Shown: positions 1-9,767, counted from the whole stretch's first letter. The stretch is DNA of 61,954 nucleotides, filler included, from 7 parts of 7 records of this genome joined end to end with filler, not necessarily neighbours in it; one strand, 5' to 3'. Made by a program: numbers and translations. The notes: generated by a model not told the origin, from the sequence alone.

Positions 1-149
1 GCCATTGCATTTTTTACTCATTTCCAGGAATATGGCTGGCAAACATTTAAACTCGGTTATAAATTGATTTTATATCGCCTGCCGTGGGCTACTCAAATTC
101 TCTGGTGGATTTTGAAGGAAAATCCCAGAGAATTTCGAGTTTCTATTTT

Positions 150-977
150 CTATACGGCAATGAATGATTGTGTTTTCCCGAACTGTTCTGGGGCAAGGAA
201 ATTCAGGTAGGAGTGTTTCCTTTTTCTATTGTACCAGATTTCGATGAATTCAAAGAGTTCCATTTGTGTATGATAGATAGTCAATTCTGGAATATGATAA
301 ATAAGCTCTGATTTGATTATTTTGAAGAAGTTTTCAGCTACTGCATTATCCCAACAAATTCCTTTTCTGCTCATACTCTGGTGGATTTTATAGATTATAA
401 GCAGATTTCTGAATTCTTCACAGGCATATTGAACTCCCCTGTCAGAATGAAACATCAGTTCCCTTGGATTCGCCGTTCTATTTTTGATTGCCATCTTAAA
501 TGCGGCTATGACGGTTTTCCCTGCTTCCATGGTAGAACTCAAAGACCATCCGATAATTTTCCTGTCAAACAAATCCATGATAATGGTCAGATAAATCCAT
601 TCCTGCTTAGTTCTTACATAAGTGATGTCAGACACCCATTTTTCTCCAGGTCGGCTGGCGCTAAATTCCCTGTCAATCAAATTCTTCGTAGGAGGATATC
701 CATGCTTCGAATCTGTGGGCGACACCTTGAATTTCTTACAGATAATGCTACGCAGGCCCAGCAGTTTCATCAGTCTGGCTACCCTGGGTCGGAAAACAAG
801 TATTCCCCGATCCTTGAGTTCTATCCTCATTTTGGGACTCCCCAGGCGAGATTTGGTCTGTTTATGCAGTTCTTGAATAGCTGCTTTCAAAACCTGATTC
901 TCTAAGGCCCTTTTAGTAGGTTTTCTGCTTAGCCAGGCATAATAGACACTTCTTGATACACAGAAAACTTTACACAT
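150..977 (-). CDS. IS3-family transposase OrfB (rve integrase, DDE)
   Basis: Motifs WVSDITY, FHSDRGVQY and DNAVAENFF give an intact D-D-E triad; C-terminal WYNRKRKHSYL. Confidence 0.9.
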   Translation of the reverse strand: MCKVFCVSRSVYYAWLSRKPTKRALENQVLKAAIQELHKQTKSRLGSPKMRIELKDRGILVFRPRVARLMKLLGLRSIICKKFKVSPTDSKHGYPPTKNLIDREFSASRPGEKWVSDITYVRTKQEWIYLTIIMDLFDRKIIGWSLSSTMEAGKTVIAAFKMAIKNRTANPRELMFHSDRGVQYACEEFRNLLIIYKIHQSMSRKGICWDNAVAENFFKIIKSELIYHIPELTIYHTQMELFEFIEIWYNRKRKHSYLNFLAPEQFGKTQSFIAV

Positions 978-1322
978 GTTCTCAACAGCAAATTCCGATT
1001 GGTATTCATGAACCTGAATATTTGTTGTCGCTCTTGGAAAAGATGATTACAGCCTTTTTTAAGATATCTCGTTCGATCTTCGCTTCTTTTAGTGCCTACC
1101 TTAATTCGGCTATTTCGCGTTGTTCAGCAATCAAAACCGGTTTCCCATTGCCTGTGAAACTGGACGCTCCAGTTAATGCAAATTCCCGGTTCCACCGCCT
1201 GACCATATCGCCAGGAACACCTAATTACCTGCCGATCTCAATGGAGGATTTACAGCTTTTCTGTAATTCAACTGCCATCAATTAAAAGCCCTGTCAAAAG
1301 TTCTTCTTGATCTGTCACTCAT
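978..1322 (-). pseudogene. IS3 transposase OrfA (HTH), inactivated
   Basis: Manual translation: MSDRSRRTFDRAF, then a frameshift, then LMAVELQ...IGR*LGVPGDMVRRW...ELR*ALKEAKIERDILKKA (one frameshift plus two in-frame stops). Confidence 0.8.
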
Positions 1323-1415
1323 TGATTCAAAGTTAGGAGAGCTTAACTTCCTGACCAATCAAATGTAGCAGCTCCACCTAAGCCCATCTTTTCGCTTGGC
1401 CCCTAAAAAGACATC

Positions 1416-1445
1416 AAAAAAGTAGCTCCAGAATTAACCGGAGCT
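1416..1445 (-). terminator. Possible intrinsic terminator downstream of the VOC gene
   Basis: AGCTCC/GGAGCT stem with an A-tract on + (U-tract on -). Confidence 0.35.
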
Positions 1446-1570
1446 TCACTAGATGAGCTTCCGTACAACGAATCGCCTGAAGCCCTCTTTTCGCTAACGT
1501 GAATTGGCAAATAATCTTATAAATTATTTGATATTTAAGACACTACCTCGGTTGTGCGATCGTTCTTTTT

Positions 1571-2065
1571 CTAATTTGGCGAATGAAGTCCGATCTTATT
1601 TCCTTCCGAGTCGTGGAAAATTGCAAAAAATCCACTCTCGTCTGCGTGGGGTGTTTTAGGAATAATAATCTTTCCTCCATTTCCTTCTACTCTATCAAGA
1701 ATAGGTTGCAAGTTATCCCCACCATTCAGATAAATGGTAACTCCCTTGGCAGAAGGTTCTAAACCTTCTTCTCTCATAATAACTCCTGTCACCATTTGGT
1801 TTTGGTATGGAAAAATGCCCATTTCCATTCCTTGGGACTCTAATTTTTCAATTTCTATGCCTAAAGTTCCTTTGTAAAAGTTTATGGCTCTCGAAATATC
1901 CGTTGCTGGAATCTCAAATATTGATATAAAACTTTTCATGTTATTATCGTTCTTGATTGTTAATTCTTTAGTAAGATTTGAATTGGTAGCAGTTGTACCT
2001 TTGTTTTTGCAGGAGACATTTCCAAAAGTCAAAGCCATTATTGTTATAAATATTTTTCCTTTCAT
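1571..2065 (-). CDS. VOC/glyoxalase family protein with N-terminal lipoprotein-like signal
   Basis: FEIPATDISRAINFY...GVTIYLNGGDNL...VEGNGGKIIIPKT...FAIFHDSEGNKIGLHS; N-terminal ...FGNVSC lipobox-like segment. Confidence 0.85.
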   Translation of the reverse strand: MKGKIFITIMALTFGNVSCKNKGTTATNSNLTKELTIKNDNNMKSFISIFEIPATDISRAINFYKGTLGIEIEKLESQGMEMGIFPYQNQMVTGVIMREEGLEPSAKGVTIYLNGGDNLQPILDRVEGNGGKIIIPKTPHADESGFFAIFHDSEGNKIGLHSPN

Positions 2066-2140
2066 TTTATGTCCGTTGTAGATGAAGTAAAATTACAAGT
2101 AGGTAGTCGCTAGAAATTGTAAAAATGCGACACCATTAAA

Positions 2141-2956
2141 CTATTTATAGAAAAGGGCGGAAAGAACTAAGTTTTCGTGATTAATAAATTCTTTGGGGTT
2201 TGTACCTGTAAATTTTTTAAAGTCCTTTATGAAGTGTGCTTGGTCGAAATATTCACTTTCATAGGCAACAATGGTAAGATCTTCTGATTTCTTGTAAAGC
2301 AAAATTTTTAAAGCGGTTTGAAACCGAATAACCTTTCCCAATTGTTTAGGACTTACCCCAATTTGCTTTTTGAAGTTCCTTTCTAATTGTCTTCGTTTTG
2401 AGAAGTTCTCTTTTAGGATTGAGTTTATTGAGGCACTACCGTTTGTGGATAAGAGTGAGTCAACGGTGTTTTTTACAATTGTATTTATCGTCTTTTGGTC
2501 ATTAAACCTATCCAAAAGAAATTTTTCGATAATACTTATGCGTTCTTCAGTATCCTTCGCTTTTATTATTTTTTGCTCCAAATCATTTGCGATTTCTCCT
2601 CCGAAAAGTTGGTTTATAGACGTTTCCTTATTAGCCAAATTGCTGATTGGTACAGAGACAAAATTTGCAAATCCATAAGGGTAAAAACGGACAGCAAATG
2701 TTTTGACAATCCCTGTGGGCTCAATGTAAAACGGTTCAATTGTTTGGCCAAGCACCATTGCCCGAGGTTGAAGTATAAATTCATTTTCAGAAGTGTACCG
2801 TTTTATGTCGGCTCCAAGAATAAACGCAATTTCAATACAACCATCAGGTACAATTCGTTGTTTTTGCGGTTCAGACTGTTTAGGTAATTCCAAAGTCCAA
2901 TAGCAACTAACAAGTGATTTTAGGTCAGCATGTGGTTCAAATGTTTGATAGTCCAT
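2141..2956 (-). CDS. AraC-family transcriptional regulator (DUF6597-type N-domain)
   Basis: N-terminal IVPDGCIE; C-terminal double HTH RQLERNFKKQIGVSPKQL...YFDQAHFIKDFKKFTG. Confidence 0.9.
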   Translation of the reverse strand: MDYQTFEPHADLKSLVSCYWTLELPKQSEPQKQRIVPDGCIEIAFILGADIKRYTSENEFILQPRAMVLGQTIEPFYIEPTGIVKTFAVRFYPYGFANFVSVPISNLANKETSINQLFGGEIANDLEQKIIKAKDTEERISIIEKFLLDRFNDQKTINTIVKNTVDSLLSTNGSASINSILKENFSKRRQLERNFKKQIGVSPKQLGKVIRFQTALKILLYKKSEDLTIVAYESEYFDQAHFIKDFKKFTGTNPKEFINHENLVLSALFYK

Positions 2957-3006
2957 TTATCTTTAGGTTGTTTTTTCTGAGTTCGGACTAACGGCATCCA
3001 AAACTC

Positions 3007-3510
3007 TTAAAAATCAGCAGTTTTTAGTGCTAGATCGTCTTCTATGAGACCGAATTTATCGATTTGATTCTTTTATTTCTTAACTAATCCCCACTTTCTT
3101 CCTGATCCTTCCGGATTGAGAGATGGAGTTTCTTTTACCACCATGTCCCAAAGGGTCACCGCCAATTTTCGTACTGTGGCGCTGGTGGCAGAGACTCGGC
3201 CTTTTCTAAAACTAATTCTTTGGAACAAGTCCCCCAGAGGAGTTGATTCCTTTAAGTTTTCGATAGCATTAGAAGCGTTTCGGAATGGGATTTTTAGTCT
3301 ATTGCTTCCTTAAAGTACTTTGCTGAACAGGAGTTTCCCTCCGCTGATACTGGGATAAGTGCTAATCAAAGCCAGGAAAAAAAGTGCGTGGCGGTTTTGA
3401 ACTTTTTGATTCCATCTGGCCCGACTTCGCTCATCAGAGATAGTACGGTTGAGAATCTCATTCCTTTTATCTCCAACAGCCCTGGCCCTTCAAAGAGTTA
3501 AAAGACTTTC
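3007..3510 (-). pseudogene. IS110-family transposase remnant (C-terminal half)
   Basis: Manual minus-strand translation gives LLEIKGMRFSTVLSLMSEVGPDGIKKFKTATHFFSWL*...ISGGKLL...GSNRLKIPFRNASNAIENLKESTPLGDLFQRISFRKGRVSATSATVRKLAVTLWDMVVK...QIDKFGL, with stops and frameshifts. Absent from the ORF track. Confidence 0.75.
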
Positions 3511-3790
3511 ATATTGATGCAGTCAAGTTCAATTGGAATGGTTAGAATTTCCTATCTATGTGTATTCCACCCACAATGGTTTCTGGGTGGAATTTGCCTA
3601 CACTCCTCCCATAAATTGTTGTTGACTGGAGAAAGATTAAAATGATTTATGATCATTTTTTTAATGCATTGGCTTACTATCCCTACTGGAAAGATTATTT
3701 TGAATAGACTTCAACTTAAGTGCATTTAAAACGATTATAATTTTTAATTGGGGAATTGACGAAAAGAAGTAGAAGATAGAAGATTATTAG

Positions 3791-3821
3791 TGTTTACCTT
3801 TTTTAGGTTCAGATGACTAAG
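3791..3821 (+). promoter_or_regulatory. Putative ECF promoter, copy 1 (TGTTTACC-N16-GACTAAG)
   Basis: Exact match to the copies at 10327-10357 (-) and 10562-10592 (+); ends 32 nt before the OmpA ATG. Confidence 0.8.
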
Positions 3822-3853
3822 TAGCAGAAACAGATAAAAAATCAACTACTGCT

Positions 3854-5260
3854 ATGAAGACAATATCTTTTAGAAAAACACTATTCCTGAATGGCGCTAT
3901 CGTCTTAATTCCTATATTTTTTTCACAGGCACAAGTCAAGGAACGTGTAGTAAACCAAGCTAAGGAATCTACAGCAAGCAAGGCAGAGCGAACTGTTGAC
4001 CAAACCATCGAATCGGTGGGTGATGGTATCATCAACGGAGTGAAAGGAGTATTCAAGAAAAAAGACAAAAAGGAAAAAGGCTCCAAGAATGAGATCGGAG
4101 GAGATTCCACTGTGATGGAAGATGGTTTCTCGGATTGGTCTAAGGATAACTCCAGCCCGAATCATTCCAGTGGCCAGGACACTCCCAGCCTATCCAAATA
4201 CACGAAGTTTTCATTTATCCAAGGAGAAGAAATAGTTGTCTTTGATGATTTTAAGCAAGACAACGTAGGTGATCTCCCTGCCTCCTGGATTACAACAGGT
4301 GCTGCCGAAGTGGTCAATTTTGAAGGATTGGAAGGGAATTGGGTTTGGTTCAATAAAACCAAAGGCAATTTTGTCCCTGAGTATTTGAACGATTTTCCTG
4401 AAAATTTCACTTTAGAATTTGATCTGATGTACGATTTTGCATTTGGTACTTTCAGCGGAAGCAGAAGAATCATGCTAGTTTTCTCAGATATTGCCAACCC
4501 GGAAGCAAAGCTTGACTGGGATGGAGGTGGGGATTATTTCAACCTTCAAAAATTGTCAGATAATTACCTTGGTGTTGAATTTTCTGGCAATAGCCATGAC
4601 GGAGGACCTTACATAACTGGTAAAAAAGCGGTTCACACTGAAAAAGGATTGAATTTCAGTAACTCTTTTAATGCCGGTAACCTGATAAATGCAGAAGAGG
4701 CTAATAAGCCGATACACATTTCCATTTCCAGAATGGGAAGAAGAGTCCAGGTATTTGCCAATGAGGAGAAAGTCTTGGACCTTACTGCTGCTTTTCAAAA
4801 AGATGTGAACCTAACCAGTGCCCGATTCTTTGTCAACAATGCGACGGATGCTGACAACTATTACCTAAGCAACATTCGCTATGCGGTAGGTCAACCGGAT
4901 TCCCGCAGCAAACTCCTGGAAAGTGGCAACTACAGCACTTCCGCCATCACATTTAACTCCGGTTCGGCTGAGATTAAACCTGAGTCTTATGCCATCCTAA
5001 AGGAGATAGCCGAAGCCCTAAACGCTGAACCAACTAAATCAGTATCCATAATCGGCCATACAGATAGTGATGGCTCCGCAGAACTGAACCAGCGACTATC
5101 TGAGGAACGTGCAGCTGCTGTAATGCATGCCTTGCAAACCGAATTTGCTGTAAATAACGCCATTGAGACCTCCGGTAAAGGGGCTTCAGTTCCCATCGCT
5201 GAAAACGACACCCCTACTGGAAAAGCGAATAACAGAAGGGTGGAATTTATCCTGAATTAA
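3854..5260 (+). CDS. Secreted OmpA-family protein (beta-rich N-domain plus C-terminal OmpA_C peptidoglycan-binding domain)
   Basis: Signal peptide ending SQA-Q; C-terminal ITFNSGSAEI...GHTDSDG...NQRLSEERA...NRRVEF. Confidence 0.9.
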   Translation: MKTISFRKTLFLNGAIVLIPIFFSQAQVKERVVNQAKESTASKAERTVDQTIESVGDGIINGVKGVFKKKDKKEKGSKNEIGGDSTVMEDGFSDWSKDNSSPNHSSGQDTPSLSKYTKFSFIQGEEIVVFDDFKQDNVGDLPASWITTGAAEVVNFEGLEGNWVWFNKTKGNFVPEYLNDFPENFTLEFDLMYDFAFGTFSGSRRIMLVFSDIANPEAKLDWDGGGDYFNLQKLSDNYLGVEFSGNSHDGGPYITGKKAVHTEKGLNFSNSFNAGNLINAEEANKPIHISISRMGRRVQVFANEEKVLDLTAAFQKDVNLTSARFFVNNATDADNYYLSNIRYAVGQPDSRSKLLESGNYSTSAITFNSGSAEIKPESYAILKEIAEALNAEPTKSVSIIGHTDSDGSAELNQRLSEERAAAVMHALQTEFAVNNAIETSGKGASVPIAENDTPTGKANNRRVEFILN

Positions 5261-5349
5261 TTCTGATCCAAAGCTTTTTGGCAGGTGCCTAGACCATAAT
5301 TATCTTGACAATCTGAAATCCATTTTTATAATAAAACATATCATACACA

Positions 5350-5775
5350 ATGAAACGACACTATTTCCATCTTCCGGCCTTAAGCTTGATAGCCGTCCTT
5401 TTACTTTCCCACTGCAATGAAAAAGAAGAGCCGGTAACTGACTTTTCTCAATTTGTTCTAGGTGAATGGACGCTCGCAGAAAGCAATTTTATAAATGATG
5501 AGGTGATCGATGAATGCAATTATCAAACGACCTACACTTTTGGCAGCGATGGAAATCTAAACATCAATCCGGTTGCCACAGCCTATGATGAAAACAATAC
5601 CCCCTACTGCACTGCTCCGATAAATGATGGGCTGGGGTTTGATCTCCACTATGGCATCAATGGGAATCGAATGGAAAGTGAGCTGGGGGACGCTACGTTA
5701 ATGAAATCTTCCGAGACAAGCCTTAAGCTAACTTTTGAAAATGAAGATCTTGGGATAGTTGAGTTGACCCGATAG
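5350..5775 (+). CDS. Lipocalin-like lipoprotein
   Basis: Lipobox LLSHC; VLGEWTL lipocalin-like GxW motif; all-beta pattern. Confidence 0.65.
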   Translation: MKRHYFHLPALSLIAVLLLSHCNEKEEPVTDFSQFVLGEWTLAESNFINDEVIDECNYQTTYTFGSDGNLNINPVATAYDENNTPYCTAPINDGLGFDLHYGINGNRMESELGDATLMKSSETSLKLTFENEDLGIVELTR

Positions 5776-5965
5776 AACACCTATTTACTAAATTCAATTT
5801 CAATAAAAGATTTTGGGATTGCTTGAAAAAATTCATTATACATGAGAGCAAAAATGTCATTGAATATAAAGCATATTTAATTTTAGCTCCCCAGACTTCG
5901 ACATGAATTTTGTTAGAATCAATTAAATCCGAATATATTAGTGATATTTTTTTTAATCAACTTAT

Positions 5966-8782
5966 ATGATCACACAAATTCACAAGCTGCTTTGCGGTCT
6001 GATACTGTTTTTCCATACCATCCCTCTATCTGCGCAAAACCTATCGCAAGATACAGTGCATTACCTCAAGCTATATGAGGAAGGAATGGATTATTATATC
6101 AAAGGCGATCACGGTAAAGCAAAGCAATATGTTATAAAGTTAAGTGAGTTGGCTTATAAAAACGGTTGGGAGAATAAATGGGTCGAACACATGATTGAAA
6201 TCAGCAGTTTTGAGCTCTATGATGGAGATTTTGAAAACGCACTGCAAATATTAGATTCTCTAGTTAAGCTATCTGAAGAAGGGAAAATCCGAAAAGAAAT
6301 CAATAAATTCCAAATATATGACTGGTATTCCGGTTTTCTTGCCAATGACGGAGATATAGAGACCTCCCAAGTATTTCTGACCAAAGCTCAAGAACTTATC
6401 CCTAAACTTCCGGCCCAAATGCAGAATACTTCAATGCAGAAGCTAGAAAATGGCCGGGCTCTGAATTTTTATAAATTCGGGGATTTGAGAAGAGCTAAAG
6501 CATCCTTTTTACGATCCATTGACTTACTCCACAAAGCATATTTGGATGGGGTCTATTCTGAAAAAGACGAATATGAGTTTACCAAAGTAATTCTTTATAA
6601 GAATATCGCAAATAATGAAATCTTAGCCGGAGAATTTGCAAATGCCAAATTGTACTTAGATTCTGCCCTTCTGACCTTTTCAAAATTAACCGATCCATAT
6701 TACCAAAATTCACCAATGGCAGCCGCAATCAATAATTCCTTTGGAGATTATTATAAGGGATTGGGAGATTTTGAGCTAGCGGAGAAGGCAATGAAAAATA
6801 GAATAGAAGAATTGGAGAAATATGAAAAAAGAGTCAATCTCCAAATGAGAATAGAGGCAAGACAAAATTTGGCAAACTTATATTTCAAAAACGGCATCTA
6901 CGATCTTGCCAAGTCTAATTATGAGATAAGTTTAAAGTACCTGAAAGACCTTAAAACATCAGAACCTTCTAAGTATCGGTATTTATGGAAAATCATTGAT
7001 TTTTATCAAAATACTAATGAAGACAGTCTGAGTAATCATTTGCTATCAAGAGTCGATTTTGAAACTGATCCCATACGTCTCTACTATAGTGGTGCTGAAA
7101 CTTCAATTGTATCTATGTATGCACTCAAAGCCAATTCATTGGCGAAGGTATCATCGGTAGATGAGGGATGGAATGAGTCCAATTTTTTAGATTTTAACCG
7201 AAAGGCCTTAAGTATATCCAATCAAATAGGCATGCTGAACCAAGCAGGACTAAGCAATTCATTAACAGAGCCCACAAAACTTGCGCTTGACTCCTACATT
7301 GCAAATTTATACCGGCTGTACAAGCGCAATCCGGAAGTGAATACCCTTATTGAGGCCTTAAATGTGATTGAGTTTTCAAATAATAAGAACTATAATGATC
7401 AATTAATTACAGGTCATTTGGCGAGAAACAATCCTGATTCCAGCCTTGTGAATGAGAAAAAAAAATTGCAGCGAAAACTGGACGAGTTGGAGAAAAACAT
7501 TGCTTCAGGGGTAGGTGATATCCTTGTGGATTCCATTGTAAAAGTATCTTATCGGTTAGAGAAAATAAATGATCAGTTAATCGAAGCGATTCCTGAAATA
7601 CAATCAATGGCAGAGTTTCGAGTCAATGAAGATATCCTTAAAGGAATAAATCTAGCTGAAGATCAGCAAGCGTTTCTCTTTTATTATTCGGAAAGTACAC
7701 TCTATATTTTATCAAGGTCAGGAAAGGAAAATGACTGGAATTGGGCAGGTGTTCCGACACAAAATCTAGATGGACTGATTGAAACCTCAAACACCGCTTT
7801 TCGTGAAATTTCAGATTCGGGCTGGCAGCAAGCAGGCAAACAACTTTTTCAAATTCTATTAAAAGGTCGGATTTCTCCAGGATCCAAAAGGCTGGTGATT
7901 TACCCACATGGAAATATTGGACTGATTCCTTTTGCTGCTTTAATCGATGTAAATGACAACTATCTGGTGGAAAATTATTCCATCTCTATCAAGAATAGGT
8001 TTGAGAAGAAAGATAAAAGCTCATTCAGGCCTAAAAAGCCTACTGAAATTCTGGCATTTGCTCCATATTTTGAAAATTCGCAGCAGCAGTTCCAACGAAA
8101 TTTATATGGCTATCTAGGTGGGACCAGACAGGAAGTAGCTGGAATCTCAAGGTATTTCAAAACCAAGCTATACGAAGGACTCTCTGCTACTAAGCAAAAT
8201 TTCATAAGGGAAAGCAAGAACAATAAATTTATCCATTTAGCCACACATGCCTTTGCGGAACCTAATGTTATGTTCTCAAAAATTATATTTTCAGGTGACG
8301 GCAATGAAGATGTACACAGCCTATTTGGTTATGAAATTGCAGGTTTAAATTGGGACGTTGAGATGCTGATTTTAAGCGCATGTCAAACCGGATATGGTAG
8401 ATTCCAACTCGGTGAAGGCATTTCAAGTCTTGCCAAATTATTTTCTGATGCAGGCGCCAAAAGCTTACTATTCACGCTTTGGAAAGTAGATGATTACGCC
8501 AGCGCTGAACTAATGACTCTTTATTACAGCTATCTAGAAGCTGGCTTGGAAAAAGACCTTGCGCTGCAGGCTGCACAGAAATCCTACTTGCAAAACAATG
8601 AGGAAGCTAAAAACATGCCATTTTTCTGGGCAGGATTTGTCGTAAGCGGTGAGGTTACGCCAGTGTATAGAAGCAGTTTGCCTTTCAATGCACTTCTAGT
8701 TGGTTTAGTTATTATCGGATTGCTTATAGTGATCTTAGTAAGGAAAAAAATTGCTAGGACTCGCAAGACAATCAGACACTAA
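5966..8782 (+). CDS. TPR-CHAT (caspase HetF-associated) protease, signal peptide plus C-terminal TM anchor
   Basis: Signal peptide ...PLSA-Q; TPR-like helices; CHAT motifs LVIYPHG.IGLIPFAAL, FIHLATHA (catalytic His), LILSACQTGYG (catalytic Cys), LWKVDD, PFFWAGFV; C-terminal hydrophobic helix followed by RKK. Confidence 0.92.
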   Translation: MITQIHKLLCGLILFFHTIPLSAQNLSQDTVHYLKLYEEGMDYYIKGDHGKAKQYVIKLSELAYKNGWENKWVEHMIEISSFELYDGDFENALQILDSLVKLSEEGKIRKEINKFQIYDWYSGFLANDGDIETSQVFLTKAQELIPKLPAQMQNTSMQKLENGRALNFYKFGDLRRAKASFLRSIDLLHKAYLDGVYSEKDEYEFTKVILYKNIANNEILAGEFANAKLYLDSALLTFSKLTDPYYQNSPMAAAINNSFGDYYKGLGDFELAEKAMKNRIEELEKYEKRVNLQMRIEARQNLANLYFKNGIYDLAKSNYEISLKYLKDLKTSEPSKYRYLWKIIDFYQNTNEDSLSNHLLSRVDFETDPIRLYYSGAETSIVSMYALKANSLAKVSSVDEGWNESNFLDFNRKALSISNQIGMLNQAGLSNSLTEPTKLALDSYIANLYRLYKRNPEVNTLIEALNVIEFSNNKNYNDQLITGHLARNNPDSSLVNEKKKLQRKLDELEKNIASGVGDILVDSIVKVSYRLEKINDQLIEAIPEIQSMAEFRVNEDILKGINLAEDQQAFLFYYSESTLYILSRSGKENDWNWAGVPTQNLDGLIETSNTAFREISDSGWQQAGKQLFQILLKGRISPGSKRLVIYPHGNIGLIPFAALIDVNDNYLVENYSISIKNRFEKKDKSSFRPKKPTEILAFAPYFENSQQQFQRNLYGYLGGTRQEVAGISRYFKTKLYEGLSATKQNFIRESKNNKFIHLATHAFAEPNVMFSKIIFSGDGNEDVHSLFGYEIAGLNWDVEMLILSACQTGYGRFQLGEGISSLAKLFSDAGAKSLLFTLWKVDDYASAELMTLYYSYLEAGLEKDLALQAAQKSYLQNNEEAKNMPFFWAGFVVSGEVTPVYRSSLPFNALLVGLVIIGLLIVILVRKKIARTRKTIRH

Positions 8783-8956
8783 CTTCGGTCTGCTGGAACT
8801 AAAAGCCAACAAGTTAAGTCAATCGCTAATTTAATCGTAAGGTTACCAATAGCTATTCTGATAGGATTGGAAAGAGAATTATCAAAGAGAATAAATAGAC
8901 ATGTTGAAGAGAAGACACTCCTCATTACGCATGTAAATGGTGGCGGAAGTTATTTA

Positions 8957-8994
8957 AAAATTCCCCAGCCCCTTAAAAAGCATTGGGGAATTTT
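8957..8994. terminator. Bidirectional terminator-like hairpin between convergent CHAT and anti-sigma genes
   Basis: Perfect 11-bp inverted repeat AAAATTCCCCA/TGGGGAATTTT. Confidence 0.6.
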
Positions 8995-9014
8995 GATTCT
9001 ACTTGATTCTCACT

Positions 9015-9767
9015 CTATTTATCCAAAACAAGCAGAATTCTCTCCACCTCATCCATCTTATATCCGCTGCTTTTTCTGAGCCGGATCATCTCTTCTTTAC
9101 CCCTTAGGGTATCACCTTTTACAAGATAAGCAAGTGCCATGTACCATTTGGCCTGATCCCGAAGCTGGGTGCCGTCGCTATATATATAATTGTCAAAATA
9201 ATGGATTGCGCTATCGTATTGGCCAAGTTCAAACTTGGTGATTCCTTTATAGAACTGAACATAATCGGTCTGATATGGGAGAATCCTGGTAAACAGACTA
9301 TCAGAAAGACTGTAATTTTTGCTTTCATACGCTATGAATGAGGCTTTCTCCAAATCCTCCGGATTCAACTCTTCTCCACGAGTGATCGGTGAAACTACGT
9401 TGGGATATGCAGTGTAATACGAAAGAAAAGAATCCGTAGCAGGCGCGGAGGAAGTGGTATCAGAAAGGTTTAGGATAAGGACAGTGGCGGCAACCAATAA
9501 CACTATTCCTGCTGCAACCTTCCATAGGTATGGTTTGGCCTGTATTTTCCGAACTTTTTGGCTGCTTACCAACCCCTCCTCTACTCCGCCTAAAAAAGCT
9601 TTGATCTCAGAATGTTTATTTCGGATTATCGCTTCCCGGGTCGCCTGCTGCAACTCAAATTCTTCCCTGAATTCAGCATCGGAGCGAAGCAATTCTTCCA
9701 AAATGAGTTTTTCATCTGCTGTCAGGCTGCCTTTAATGAAACGGTCCAGCAATTCGTTGCTTTCCAT
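9015..9767 (-). CDS. Putative anti-sigma factor: cytoplasmic helical N-domain, single TM, periplasmic TPR domain
   Basis: Start overlaps the sigma stop (TGATG at 9767); LLDRFIKGSLTADE N-terminus; TM WKVAAGIVLLVAATVLIL; TPR FYKGITKFELGQYDSAIHYF...AKWYMALAYL. Confidence 0.8.
   Translation of the reverse strand: MESNELLDRFIKGSLTADEKLILEELLRSDAEFREEFELQQATREAIIRNKHSEIKAFLGGVEEGLVSSQKVRKIQAKPYLWKVAAGIVLLVAATVLILNLSDTTSSAPATDSFLSYYTAYPNVVSPITRGEELNPEDLEKASFIAYESKNYSLSDSLFTRILPYQTDYVQFYKGITKFELGQYDSAIHYFDNYIYSDGTQLRDQAKWYMALAYLVKGDTLRGKEEMIRLRKSSGYKMDEVERILLVLDK

Larger units (their letters stand above)
150..1376 (-). mobile_element. Degenerate IS3-family insertion sequence
   Basis: orfA/orfB arrangement on the minus strand. 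Left end begins TGGAGCTGCTACATTTGATTGG (ending at 1376). A-AAA-AAG -1 slippery site at 1060..1054. Right IR not confidently located (possibly TGGA at ~106). Confidence 0.85.

Noticed and set aside
5966-8782. TPR-CHAT as Csx29 of a type III-E CRISPR system
   Set aside because: No cas genes or array in the contig, and the protein has a signal peptide and TM anchor, unlike cytoplasmic Csx29.
8867-9079. 70-aa ORF between CHAT and the anti-sigma
   Set aside because: TTG start, runs through the terminator hairpin and overlaps the anti-sigma 3' end; no supporting features.
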